Positions 50,277 through 60,189 of a stretch of DNA of 64,000 nucleotides are shown here, piece after piece. The translations under genes were made by a program, and so were the position numbers. The notes under the pieces are model-generated. The model was not told the origin of the DNA and did no database searches. It saw only the letters and a program-made list of their open reading frames with translations. Origin of the DNA: Gammaproteobacteria bacterium (GTDB lineage: Bacteria; Pseudomonadota; Gammaproteobacteria; UBA4575); assembly GCA_965222615.1 (NCBI GenBank), contig CBDCUI010000008.1:928001-992000 (forward strand), in the 5' to 3' direction. Position 1 is the first letter of the stretch; each line of letters starts with the position of its first letter.

Positions 50277-51323
50277 GTGTTGAGTAGTTGCATGCAAGTG
50301 ATTATACAAAAAAAGCACGTAAAGGGCTTTTCGCTTATCGAACTATTGGCTGCAGTAACGATTACGGCACTATTACTGGTTGCAATGCAAAATGTAATCA
50401 GTCCTGCGCTTGAAGCCAATCAAGCGGCTCAAACTCGTAATGATACGGTTCAAGCTGCACGTTTGAGTATGGATAAAATGGTGCGTGCTGTGAGTCGCAG
50501 TCCTGGTTTGTTACTACCATTCAATGATAAACCTTTAACTCCCTACCCCGATAATATTCGCGAACAAACGAATCCAGCTTCGCCACCACCTCCTGGTAGC
50601 ACCTTAGCCACGGCAGTGTTGGCCGTCAGACAAGATCCAACTATCGATCTCAATGGTGATGGAATCGTAGATGTTGATAACGATGGCGATGGTAAAACAG
50701 ATGAAGATTTACCCGCCGATATGACCAATGATTCTAGTCCGGGAATAAAAGGCATTGATGATGATGGCGATGGTTCTATCGATGAAGGTATGTTTGCAGA
50801 TCGTGATGATGATGAATATTTAGGTGTTTCTAATGAAGATCAAATCGATGGTGTCGATAACGACAATGATAATAATATCGATGAAGATTCGTCTGCCGAT
50901 ATGAATGGTGATGGTGCTCCTGGTATTGCTGGAGTGGATGATGATGGTGATGGGCTTATCGATGAAGGCAGTGGTGAAGAAGAAGAGGAGGAGGAGGAAG
51001 AAGAAGAAGATTATAGAGATGAAGATGATGATGAAGACGGTCAGAGGAATGAAGATTGGTTTGATCCCGTGGTGTTTTATTTACAAGGGGATTCATTAAT
51101 TGAACGTATCCCGGTTCCTTGGGATGAAAATTCAAGTGGAAAGGTTACCGGAGAAGATTATGTAGAAAGCGTGCTTGCGGAAAACGTAACGCGTTTTCGT
51201 GTCGAACGTATTCTACAGGGTTCGGATCGTACCACCATGGTGGAGCTTACTTTAGAGCTTACGCCACCGGATGGTGAGATGTTTAGCCTTTCTACCCGCG
51301 TACGAGTAGGTGGGTCACTATGA
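50277..51323 (+). CDS. Minor pilin, GspJ/PilW-like, with acidic DxDxDG repeats
   Basis: KG/FSLIELL; many D-x-D-x-D-G and IDE repeats, a Glu11 tract, LAENV near the C-terminus. True start may be ATG 50292. Confidence 0.78.
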   Translation: MLSSCMQVIIQKKHVKGFSLIELLAAVTITALLLVAMQNVISPALEANQAAQTRNDTVQAARLSMDKMVRAVSRSPGLLLPFNDKPLTPYPDNIREQTNPASPPPPGSTLATAVLAVRQDPTIDLNGDGIVDVDNDGDGKTDEDLPADMTNDSSPGIKGIDDDGDGSIDEGMFADRDDDEYLGVSNEDQIDGVDNDNDNNIDEDSSADMNGDGAPGIAGVDDDGDGLIDEGSGEEEEEEEEEEEDYRDEDDDEDGQRNEDWFDPVVFYLQGDSLIERIPVPWDENSSGKVTGEDYVESVLAENVTRFRVERILQGSDRTTMVELTLELTPPDGEMFSLSTRVRVGGSL

Positions 51324-53485
51324 GAACTTTGCACCCACACGGTTTTTTATATAGTAAACAAAGTGGATTCGCTCTATTGCCTGTTGTAATTATGATTGTT
51401 GTAATCGCTGCGGTTAGTCTATTAATGAGTTACGAATCTTCTATGAATGTAAACGAGACTGCCACGCTCAGTGAATCAAAGCAAGCGATGTTGGTTGCAG
51501 AAGCGGGTATGGCCCATGCAAAGTGGCAACTTGCAGAAAATACAAACTGTAGTGAATATACCAATATTCAAGCTACAAGTCTGGGAATACATACATATAC
51601 AGCTCATGTCAGCCCAAACAGTGGTTCCCCAGTCACTGTAACTGCTACTGGAGTTTCAGATAAAGGGATTTCTAGAACGCTTACGGATACTCAAACGAAG
51701 ATTTATCAAACTCCCTTTACTAAAGAATATAAATTGGATGCAACCGGAAAAGATACTTTTATTGAGGGTGAAAGTGGCCATACCGATCATAACAAAGGTA
51801 ATGACAAATTTTTAAAAACAAATTCAGAATCAAATAAAGAATACCGTGTATTACTTCAATTTGATGTTTCCGATCTGCCGATAAGTGCAAAAGTTATTAG
51901 TGCTACACTTGAGCTGTATTTAGATTCAAGTCAAGGAAGTAGTGATCAAGTTTTAATTCATCGTATTACAGATGAGTGGCTTGAAGATGAAGTCACTTGG
52001 ATAGAAAAACGCTCTGGTTTTTTTCAAAACTGGAGCCAACAAGGCGGTGATTACGCCTCGCATCTATCTGGTTCTTTTACTGCAGATGCAAAGGGATGGA
52101 AAAGTGCAGAGATTACCAAGTTGGTGCAAGGTTGGGTGGGGGCACCCACAGAAAATCATGGCATGATTTTATTATCCACACCATCTTCTGGAAATAAGGA
52201 AAAAAAGTTTATCAGTAGTGATAATAATCAAACTGCACTACATCCCAAGCTGACTATTACTTATGCATGTGAATGCGGAGTTTATTGTGAGCCACCGACT
52301 GACCCTTTGGGATCCATCGCGCATTGGAAGCTGGATGATGAGAGTGGGTCTACCGCTTTGGATTCTGTTAGTGGGCATGACGGTACGCTTATGGATAAAG
52401 CGTCTTGGGGGACAGGGAAATTAGGTGGTGCAATCAATCTAAATGGCGATGGGGCATATATTCAGGTGCCGCATGATGATGCGCTATCCCTTACCGATGC
52501 CATGACATTTAGTGCCTGGATTAATGTTACATCATTTAGTCCATTTTATCAGACCATACTAGCTAAGGATGCAGGCGGTGCAAGTTCAAATTATTGGTTT
52601 GGTATTTATCAACGCGATCTCAGTTTTGGTTTTTGGTCAGGGCATTGGTTTGAAGAAGTCTATACTACAGGGCTCGATTTACAAATGGACACTTGGTACC
52701 ACGTAGCGGCCTCTTTTGATAATGCAACGGATGAGGTTACTTTATATTTGGATGGTATACAGGTGCAAAGTGGAAAACTAACAGCTAATCCTACCGAAGT
52801 TAAGGCAGATATTACTATCGGCCTTTCACCGGAAGGTGAATTTTGGCATGGTCTAATCGATGACATACGTATTAACGATTTAGTGCTGGAAGAAAAGGAA
52901 ATTATGAATATGGTGACTGAAGTGCAGACTGAAAGCGGTGGTTCGGAAGAGAGTAAATTACTTCCTCCAGAAGGGTCTTGTGCCGGTACTTTTCGTGATG
53001 AATTCAATCTTGAGAGTAGTTATTCGGGCAGTGACGGAACTTTAACCTGGACGACAGATTGGTTAGAAATTAATGAAAGAGATGGACCTGATTCTGGTGA
53101 TGAACGTATCATTAACAGCAGTAGTGGATTTCATCTCCGTATTCGAGATAATGATAGCGGGGGTGAAGGCGTGCAACGCGAAGCGGATTTATCCGCAAAT
53201 ACGTCTGCAACACTTACTTTTGAATATCTCCGTGACAGTTTCGACAGTAATAGCGATTACGTTACGATTGGTGTATCTAATAATGGAGGAATTACGTGGG
53301 ATCAATTGGATAGTATTGGCGGGGCGGGTACGGATTCAAGCTTTGTCTTGAAGAGTTACGATATTAGTAAATATATTACCCAAAATACTCGTATCCGTTT
53401 TCTGACCTCGCCTTATCTTGGCGGTGGTGACGAATTCCATATTGATAATGTGCAAATTGAAATAAGTGGCTGTGCAACCAAATGA
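51320..53485 (+). CDS. GspK/PilX-like tip pilin fused to DNRLRE-like and LamG-like domains
   Basis: SG/FALLP lacking E5, AEAG; LLQFD...ATLEL...ENHG...PKL; HWKLDD...WYHVA...LYLDG...GLIDDIRI; C-terminal jelly-roll ending IDNVQI. Confidence 0.75.
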   Translation: MRTLHPHGFLYSKQSGFALLPVVIMIVVIAAVSLLMSYESSMNVNETATLSESKQAMLVAEAGMAHAKWQLAENTNCSEYTNIQATSLGIHTYTAHVSPNSGSPVTVTATGVSDKGISRTLTDTQTKIYQTPFTKEYKLDATGKDTFIEGESGHTDHNKGNDKFLKTNSESNKEYRVLLQFDVSDLPISAKVISATLELYLDSSQGSSDQVLIHRITDEWLEDEVTWIEKRSGFFQNWSQQGGDYASHLSGSFTADAKGWKSAEITKLVQGWVGAPTENHGMILLSTPSSGNKEKKFISSDNNQTALHPKLTITYACECGVYCEPPTDPLGSIAHWKLDDESGSTALDSVSGHDGTLMDKASWGTGKLGGAINLNGDGAYIQVPHDDALSLTDAMTFSAWINVTSFSPFYQTILAKDAGGASSNYWFGIYQRDLSFGFWSGHWFEEVYTTGLDLQMDTWYHVAASFDNATDEVTLYLDGIQVQSGKLTANPTEVKADITIGLSPEGEFWHGLIDDIRINDLVLEEKEIMNMVTEVQTESGGSEESKLLPPEGSCAGTFRDEFNLESSYSGSDGTLTWTTDWLEINERDGPDSGDERIINSSSGFHLRIRDNDSGGEGVQREADLSANTSATLTFEYLRDSFDSNSDYVTIGVSNNGGITWDQLDSIGGAGTDSSFVLKSYDISKYITQNTRIRFLTSPYLGGGDEFHIDNVQIEISGCATK

Positions 53486-53522
53486 TGCAACAAGTAGTTG
53501 TTGGAAATTTATTTTTTAAAAA

Positions 53523-54587
53523 TTAATTTGGTAGGGATGTGGAATGGATTTTTAGCGGTGACTGGATGAGTAGCCATATACCGAATAGTATTCCACATGA
53601 ACCTCCTACAGAATTAAGTACGAAATCATGAATCGAAGTATTTCGAGACAAAAATAATTGTCCTATTTCAATCCCCAAGCTTAAGACTATACATATTGCA
53701 AATAATGGTGCATAGGCTTGTTTTTTATTTAAAATAAATAAGGAAAATAAGCCAAATACAAAGAATCCAAAAAAATTAATCACATAATCAAAAAGTCGAT
53801 TATGAAGGCTGCCATGGTGCCCGAAAACGGATAAGTGAATCTTTTTTAAATTTTTTGGTGCTGAATATATATTAGGAAATTGAAGCAAATTGTTTTTTGT
53901 GTAATCTATTGATTGCTTGTTAGTTGTGATTGTAGCCTTATTTATTTTTCCCTTCCAAGGACGATCAAAAGTTAATTCATTTCCTAATGCTAATAAATAG
54001 TCAGGATTCCAATTTGATAATGCTGCAACAGGTAAGCTAGAAGAGTATTTTTTGATGCCATTAACTAATATCTCTAACTTATTATTAGTGATTGCTACTA
54101 TGATGCTTAATTTATTGGAAGAATTAAAAACATTTTTAACTACATGTACCGGTGTTCCGTTTAAACTAGTCTCGATGGTTCGTAATCTTAAAATAAGATC
54201 AGAGTTTTGTTGTCCAATAGTAATATTTCGGAATTTAGGGTTTTTTGAGATTGTAAATATTCTTGCAGGACCAAATTGTTGTAAGTGGTTTGTTTGAACT
54301 GACAGCTCCAGTGTTAGATATGAGTTATTAATTACGTCTTGAATCCAATTTGGTGGAGCAGGTAAATAGGCGATGCTCGAACCCATAAAATTAAATTCTG
54401 TATTTGAAAATTCAACTGCAGTGTTTCTAAATAACCTTTCAGCATCATATGTTAAATATTTTTTATCTGATGATATTTTAAAGTTTGATGGAATTTCACA
54501 ATGAAATGGAAAATATCCTAAGAATAGAAATACTAAAATCATTGAGACTATAGTGGTATTCCTTCGTAATGGTAATTTTCTAAACAT
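53523..54587 (-). CDS. Membrane protein with LamG-like and C-terminal VanZ-like domains
   Basis: GPARIFTIS...LSNWN...LGNE...WKG, then NFFGF...SLGIEIGQLF...DFVLNSVG. Confidence 0.7.
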   Translation of the reverse strand: MFRKLPLRRNTTIVSMILVFLFLGYFPFHCEIPSNFKISSDKKYLTYDAERLFRNTAVEFSNTEFNFMGSSIAYLPAPPNWIQDVINNSYLTLELSVQTNHLQQFGPARIFTISKNPKFRNITIGQQNSDLILRLRTIETSLNGTPVHVVKNVFNSSNKLSIIVAITNNKLEILVNGIKKYSSSLPVAALSNWNPDYLLALGNELTFDRPWKGKINKATITTNKQSIDYTKNNLLQFPNIYSAPKNLKKIHLSVFGHHGSLHNRLFDYVINFFGFFVFGLFSLFILNKKQAYAPLFAICIVLSLGIEIGQLFLSRNTSIHDFVLNSVGGSCGILFGIWLLIQSPLKIHSTSLPN

Positions 54588-55045
54588 ATGTATTTATTAT
54601 AGTTGAAATTAGCTCGGTTCAGCAGGATATTGGATAATATATGCTTCCATAAAAATTGTAGGTATTTACCTCTATAAAAAGTATCAGAAAATTTGCAAAA
54701 AAATATGATTACATAGTGATGTTACTATTACTAATTACACGTTATCAAAAATTTCAGTATTATTAAAATGAAAAGCTTGTTCTTTAAAGTTCAAGTAAAA
54801 TATAAAGTTATAAAGGGAGTAAGCATTTTGGATTTAACTCATTTAAAGCTATCTCATAGCGATTTCATATTTGTGGTTTTGACTATGCTCTATTAAAGAA
54901 GTTTTGTAATCTTCGAAAATAAAAGTAATCAAAGGCTCATTTATTTTTTTTGGCCATATATTTACTTGATTATCCTTGTAAATCTAATATTTTAGAGTCT
55001 TTGAGACATGACTTTAAAAATAATCTCATAGATATGGAGTTATGT

Positions 55046-55252
55046 ATGAGTGTGGAAAAACCTTCATTTATTGATGTAGTGAAAAGTGTGTTAGCTAGTT
55101 TCTTTGGAATACAAAGTGACAAAAATCGTCAAAGGGATTTTGAAAAAGGCAATCCTATGCAATTTATTGCAGTGGGGCTCGTGCTTACAATTATGTTTAT
55201 TTTTGCAGTAATAATAATTGTCAAACTCGTTTTACGTTCAGTCGGTCAGTAG
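55046..55252 (+). CDS. DUF2970-like small membrane protein
   Basis: SVLASFFGIQSDKNRQRDF motif; GGAG precedes ATG 55046. Confidence 0.8.
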   Translation: MSVEKPSFIDVVKSVLASFFGIQSDKNRQRDFEKGNPMQFIAVGLVLTIMFIFAVIIIVKLVLRSVGQ

Positions 55253-55258
55253 TATTTA

Positions 55259-55906
55259 TTATTCAATTATCGCACCTTGTTGTTTAAGGAAATCAAATAT
55301 TCCCGTGGCTAGTAATTGGTAGCCTTTTGCATTTGGATGTACAGCATCAGATTTTAAGGAGTTATCATTAAGTACTTTAGCAAGTAGAGAAAATTCAATA
55401 GGGATATCAGTTTCATCTGCAATTTCCCTGTATTCGTCCGCGCTACTGAGGAAAATATTAGCTTCAGGAACGGCGAGCATGATTATTTCAATATTCCTCC
55501 GTTGAGTTTCAGCAATCATGGTTAAAAGATTTTGTTTCATTTTTGTACGTGAAAGTTTTCTTATTATGTCGTTGCCACCATGAATAAGTATTAATAAGTC
55601 TGGGTTATATTTATCCAATAATGTTGGCAAACGCACTAGACCTTCATTACTGATTTCACCCGGAATACCCTCGTTGATAACTGTTATATTACTTAAATCA
55701 GCTAATATGCTTGGGTAATCCTGTCCCTTGTTAGCACCAGTTCCATGAGTAAGGCTATCTCCAAATGCCAAGATTGTTGCATCTGATGCTAATGGACTAA
55801 GTGATGATGTATCGCCGCAAGAATAGGTAACTAGAGTTAAAGTAAAGACAACGATCAGCTTATTGCTAGACAACAAGCCTAATTTTCCCAATAATCTTTT
55901 CTGCAT
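55259..55906 (-). CDS. GDSL/SGNH arylesterase (TesA-like), probable lipoprotein
   Basis: FGDSL, GIPGE, GGND, DAVHPN. Confidence 0.88.
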   Translation of the reverse strand: MQKRLLGKLGLLSSNKLIVVFTLTLVTYSCGDTSSLSPLASDATILAFGDSLTHGTGANKGQDYPSILADLSNITVINEGIPGEISNEGLVRLPTLLDKYNPDLLILIHGGNDIIRKLSRTKMKQNLLTMIAETQRRNIEIIMLAVPEANIFLSSADEYREIADETDIPIEFSLLAKVLNDNSLKSDAVHPNAKGYQLLATGIFDFLKQQGAIIE

Positions 55907-58740
55907 AAACCTCTAGCTTCGCACCATTCGCAGATATCGTCATCAGCAAATGCTGAAAATTTTGCATCATTTTCTAAATTATTTGTCAATTCACTAAGTC
56001 GTTTAGTATGTTGGCGTACTAATTCAGATAATTGCTCGTCTTTAATTATTGCTTCTGATTTTACACGATTATTTTTACCTAGTACTATATATTCCACTTG
56101 ATTACAGTCTTTATTTAAAAGTGCATACATGGGTAATTGTACTTGTTCTCCAGCCAATATACTTTTCTTCGTTGGCGTTTGACCTGTTTTATAATCAACA
56201 ATTGCATAACCAGCTTTAGATTGGTCAATGCGATCAATTCTGCCGCTTAAGGTTTTTTTGTCTGCAATATCACTTTTTAAGGTAATTTCATGCTTGTAAG
56301 GTATAAAGTTTTTTTGTCGATTAATTTCCCAGCCGATAAAACTAGGAATAAGATTTAACCAACGCTGCAGCCATAGTTTGTTACTAAAACTCTGATCAGT
56401 AAACTTATTAAATATTTCTACACTGATAGCTTGCAATGCAGATTCATTATCTTCACGATTTCCGTCGGTTATTTTTTTAACGGATGAGCCACTAGTAAAA
56501 AAAGTGTGAATACACTTATGAATCAAGCTGCCAAAGTCTGCTTTTTCTAATTCCTCACTTAGTTTATTTGTTTTTGATAGGTTTAAAGCAGTGCTTGTAA
56601 AAAATTGGTAAGGACAATTCACTAAATTTTGATAATCTGAGATTGAAATTTTACTAAGTTTGAGTTCATCATTTAATGCAGGAGATGGCTGATATGAAAG
56701 TGTTGGCAAAGGTATTTGAAATTCTGCATTAACAACACATGTATTTTCCTGAATAACTAATTCTTGCAGTAACTCATCATTTAAGTTTTTTCCATATGCC
56801 ATATAGTGAAATGTTTCAATGGCTTCAAGCCATGGGCTAGGCGAGATCTTTTCATCGTTATATTCAGTTTGAACAGTTATTAGGATATCTGGTGCGGCAT
56901 CCAATAATTTTCTAAACAGATAAAAGTACAAATAATGTTCATCTTTCCAGGTAGGAATGTTTAATTCTGTACGTGTATATTCATTGAAAAAGACGTAGTT
57001 AATAGAGGGGCCTGGGAAATGACTTTTGTCAACTGATGCAATTATGAGTGCATCAAATTTTAATAAACGGCTTTGTTCAAGGCTGCAAAAAGTCACATTA
57101 GTACTAACTATTGATGGTTTGAAATTTTGCTGATCTAGAATTCTTACTAAAAAGCGTCTCCATTCTGCCCAACTCATTTTATTTTCAATTTTTTTGAAGT
57201 GAGTGATTTGTGTTTCTAAACAATTAAATGTTTGCCTACCTGCTTCATCTTTATTAAGTTCACTGTAGATGCCAATGGTCTTCAAGGCATTAAAGGTTTC
57301 TTCAAAATAGCGATGAATTGGTATTGATTCATGTGTACAAAGCCTAACTATGTTATGTGTAGATGCTTCAATCTTATCTATGAATGCATATAAATAATCA
57401 AGTATCTGGTTGTTGATATCATCTTGATCATTGTGTATGTCATCTAATTTGGTTCGAATCACATTCAATCCATTATGAAGATTGAAGGCCAATATAATTT
57501 CTTTTTCTAGGAAATCTATTGCTTGGTTATGAAGTTTTTTATCTACCAGAATAGGGAAAAAAGGTGATCGAGCTATGGTGACTAATTGTTTGGTTGGGTA
57601 TTTTTCTTCGATTAATTGTAACCAGTATTCAAGTATTGTGGCTGCACTTGTGGTGGATAAAGCCCAACCGCCAATGTCATTTACCAATATATTGGCATGC
57701 TCCAATACTGCACGCAGTCTACGAGCGAGCTTACGATCCGCAGTGACTACTCCAATATTTTCTTTGCCATGATAAATATAACTACGAATCTTTATATCTA
57801 TTGCTTTTACATGTTGTTCTAATGAATTGGTCTTATATATATTGAGTTGTTTATCAATTGGACTAATAAGGTGCTTATCTGAAAAAATCTTAGCACGTTG
57901 TTTAATACTTAAGTCACTATTAAGAAATACGGAATCAAAAAACTTTGTATAACTGGAAATTTTATCTATTGTTGTGTGATCTTCTTGATTCTGGCTCAAT
58001 GCTAATTTTTTAATTATTGTATCGGGTCTAGTTGAAAGTGTAGGGCTGCTCGCAGATAAATATATATGTAGTTGAGATTGTTGGTCGAGTTTATGTAATG
58101 CAGAGATCTCACGTGTAAAAAGCTTGTCAAGGCCAATACAATAAAACAATTTATCTTTAGTTGATTCGATAGCTAGCAAAGCTTGGATATAGGCATCTAT
58201 TGGATCTAGCACATTTTCATGGCTCAGTTGTTCTTGCCAAGCTTTCCATAGAGTTGTGACCAATTCAGCTTCTTGGCTTAGAGTTGTAGATGTCCGAGAG
58301 CTACTTTTGCATAAATAGTCATCTAAGCGTGTTTGATCGACATCATTCAGTGCCATTCCATCAAATAACGCAAATAACTCGCTTGCTATAGCCCATGGAT
58401 TTGCATTGGAAAATAGATTGGGTTGTTGATTGATGGCATCGACTAATATTAATTCGCGTGCATATTGAGAAAGTACTGGCTTGTGTGGCACATTGTTTGT
58501 AAATGCCCATTGTCTTAGGGTTGTACAATTTGGCAATAACACTGCTGTGTGGCCAAGACGTTCGGCGTGGGCTAATAAACTATTTTGAAGCTGGGTTTGA
58601 GGAAGCTTGTTGGGCAAAAAAATTGTGATAGTACAAAGATTAGGAAGTAGATCTTTGTTATTTTGAATTATATTTGCACTAGCGACATCCAGTAAATCTT
58701 GAAAATAAGGAACGATGATTGTATTGCTAAAATTTTGCAA
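55879..58740 (-). CDS. addB: AddB-like PD-(D/E)XK nuclease subunit
   Basis: DRKLARRLRA, GWALSTT, CPY, GRIDRID..VDYKTG, CEWC..GLC Fe-S staple. Confidence 0.8.
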   Translation of the reverse strand: MQNFSNTIIVPYFQDLLDVASANIIQNNKDLLPNLCTITIFLPNKLPQTQLQNSLLAHAERLGHTAVLLPNCTTLRQWAFTNNVPHKPVLSQYARELILVDAINQQPNLFSNANPWAIASELFALFDGMALNDVDQTRLDDYLCKSSSRTSTTLSQEAELVTTLWKAWQEQLSHENVLDPIDAYIQALLAIESTKDKLFYCIGLDKLFTREISALHKLDQQSQLHIYLSASSPTLSTRPDTIIKKLALSQNQEDHTTIDKISSYTKFFDSVFLNSDLSIKQRAKIFSDKHLISPIDKQLNIYKTNSLEQHVKAIDIKIRSYIYHGKENIGVVTADRKLARRLRAVLEHANILVNDIGGWALSTTSAATILEYWLQLIEEKYPTKQLVTIARSPFFPILVDKKLHNQAIDFLEKEIILAFNLHNGLNVIRTKLDDIHNDQDDINNQILDYLYAFIDKIEASTHNIVRLCTHESIPIHRYFEETFNALKTIGIYSELNKDEAGRQTFNCLETQITHFKKIENKMSWAEWRRFLVRILDQQNFKPSIVSTNVTFCSLEQSRLLKFDALIIASVDKSHFPGPSINYVFFNEYTRTELNIPTWKDEHYLYFYLFRKLLDAAPDILITVQTEYNDEKISPSPWLEAIETFHYMAYGKNLNDELLQELVIQENTCVVNAEFQIPLPTLSYQPSPALNDELKLSKISISDYQNLVNCPYQFFTSTALNLSKTNKLSEELEKADFGSLIHKCIHTFFTSGSSVKKITDGNREDNESALQAISVEIFNKFTDQSFSNKLWLQRWLNLIPSFIGWEINRQKNFIPYKHEITLKSDIADKKTLSGRIDRIDQSKAGYAIVDYKTGQTPTKKSILAGEQVQLPMYALLNKDCNQVEYIVLGKNNRVKSEAIIKDEQLSELVRQHTKRLSELTNNLENDAKFSAFADDDICEWCEARGLCRKDYWEN

Positions 58741-58773
58741 AAATACAGTTCTATGTTATGGCTGGTTTTGAAA

Positions 58774-59097
58774 TTATTTTTCTAGGTATTGACGCTTATT
58801 GGGCTTGAATTCCCATTCCTTTGCATCTTCAGGAGCAGGTTTCATACTAGTGATTACTGGCCACTTAGCAGATAATTCTTCATTAAGAGCAAGGAATTCA
58901 GATTGATCTTCAGCTAGATCGTCCTCACTGACGATGGCGTCAACTGGACATTCGGTTTCACACATTGCACAGTCAATACATTCCTCAGGGTCGATGACAA
59001 GCATGTTTGGGCCTTCATGAAAGCAGTCAACTGGGCAGACCTCAACACAGTCTGTATATTTACATTTAATACAAGGTTCTGTTACGACAAATGTCAT
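58774..59097 (-). CDS. fdxA: 7Fe ferredoxin FdxA
   Basis: [26 protein letters not shown]...[12 protein letters not shown]. Confidence 0.95.
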   Translation of the reverse strand: MTFVVTEPCIKCKYTDCVEVCPVDCFHEGPNMLVIDPEECIDCAMCETECPVDAIVSEDDLAEDQSEFLALNEELSAKWPVITSMKPAPEDAKEWEFKPNKRQYLEK

Positions 59098-59262
59098 GAG
59101 TGAAAGCAAATTTAATTAAAGATGTAACCATTGTAGGTAAATGTTGCTTAGAAGAAAATATATGTTTGAAATATAGGTATTAGCAGATGGAGTGAACTAC
59201 AACGCAGTTTATTTAGTGTAAAAAGAAGTAATATTAGTTCCTCAAAAAAGCAAATTATTGAC

Positions 59263-60189
59263 ATGTATAATATTTTAGTCACTGGCGGCGCTGGTTTTAT
59301 CGGTTCACACAGTGTTGATCTTCTTTTGAAAGATGGTCATCAAATTGTGGTATTGGATAATTTTTCTTCAGGAAAAAAACAGAATTTGCCTCTAGACCAT
59401 CCTCGGCTTAAAGTCATTGAAGGGGATATTCGCGATCAGTCCATTGTAATGCAAGCGGCTATCGGGGTCAGTCATTGCTTGCATCTGGCTGCGCAAGTAT
59501 CAGTAGTAAAATCTATAGAAGACCCTGTAAATTCTGCATCTCAAAATATTCTAGGATTTATCAATATTCTTAATGCGGCAAAATCTAATAAAGTAAAACG
59601 TGTTGTATATGCATCTTCTGCAGCGGCTTATGGTAGTCCGGTTTCATTGCCACTTGACGAAAATTGCCAACTTAGGCCGGAGTCTCCATATGGACTTGAA
59701 AAGCAGATTAATGAGCAATATGTAGACTTATTTAGGACTTTATATGGTCTTTCAGCATGTGGTATGCGTTATTTTAATGTTTATGGCCCAAGGCAAGATC
59801 CACAGTCACCTTACGCTGGCGTTATCGCACTTTTTGCTGATGCAATTCAATCTAAACAAGCTTTGAAAATAAATGGTGATGGACTACAAACAAGAGATTT
59901 TATATTTGTCAAAGATGTGGCAAGTACAAATGCAGCTGCATTATTTTCTGATTGTCAAGGAGTACTAAATATTGCTACCGGCAAAACAGTTACACTTCTT
60001 GAATTAATTGAAGTATTGGAAAAGATAGTAGGATATCAATGTGAAAAACAATTTAATCCGCCAAGAGAAGGTGATATCAAGCATTCAGCCGCAAATACAA
60101 GGGAGCTACTTGCAGCACTAGACATTGAAGCCAAATATAGCCTAGAGCAGGGCCTACGTGAATTAATTAATGCGAATGCTAAAGATTAG
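59263..60189 (+). CDS. NAD-dependent nucleotide-sugar epimerase/dehydratase
   Basis: TGGAGFIG, ASSAA, YGLEK, RYFNVYGPRQ, TRDF. Confidence 0.9.
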   Translation: MYNILVTGGAGFIGSHSVDLLLKDGHQIVVLDNFSSGKKQNLPLDHPRLKVIEGDIRDQSIVMQAAIGVSHCLHLAAQVSVVKSIEDPVNSASQNILGFINILNAAKSNKVKRVVYASSAAAYGSPVSLPLDENCQLRPESPYGLEKQINEQYVDLFRTLYGLSACGMRYFNVYGPRQDPQSPYAGVIALFADAIQSKQALKINGDGLQTRDFIFVKDVASTNAAALFSDCQGVLNIATGKTVTLLELIEVLEKIVGYQCEKQFNPPREGDIKHSAANTRELLAALDIEAKYSLEQGLRELINANAKD

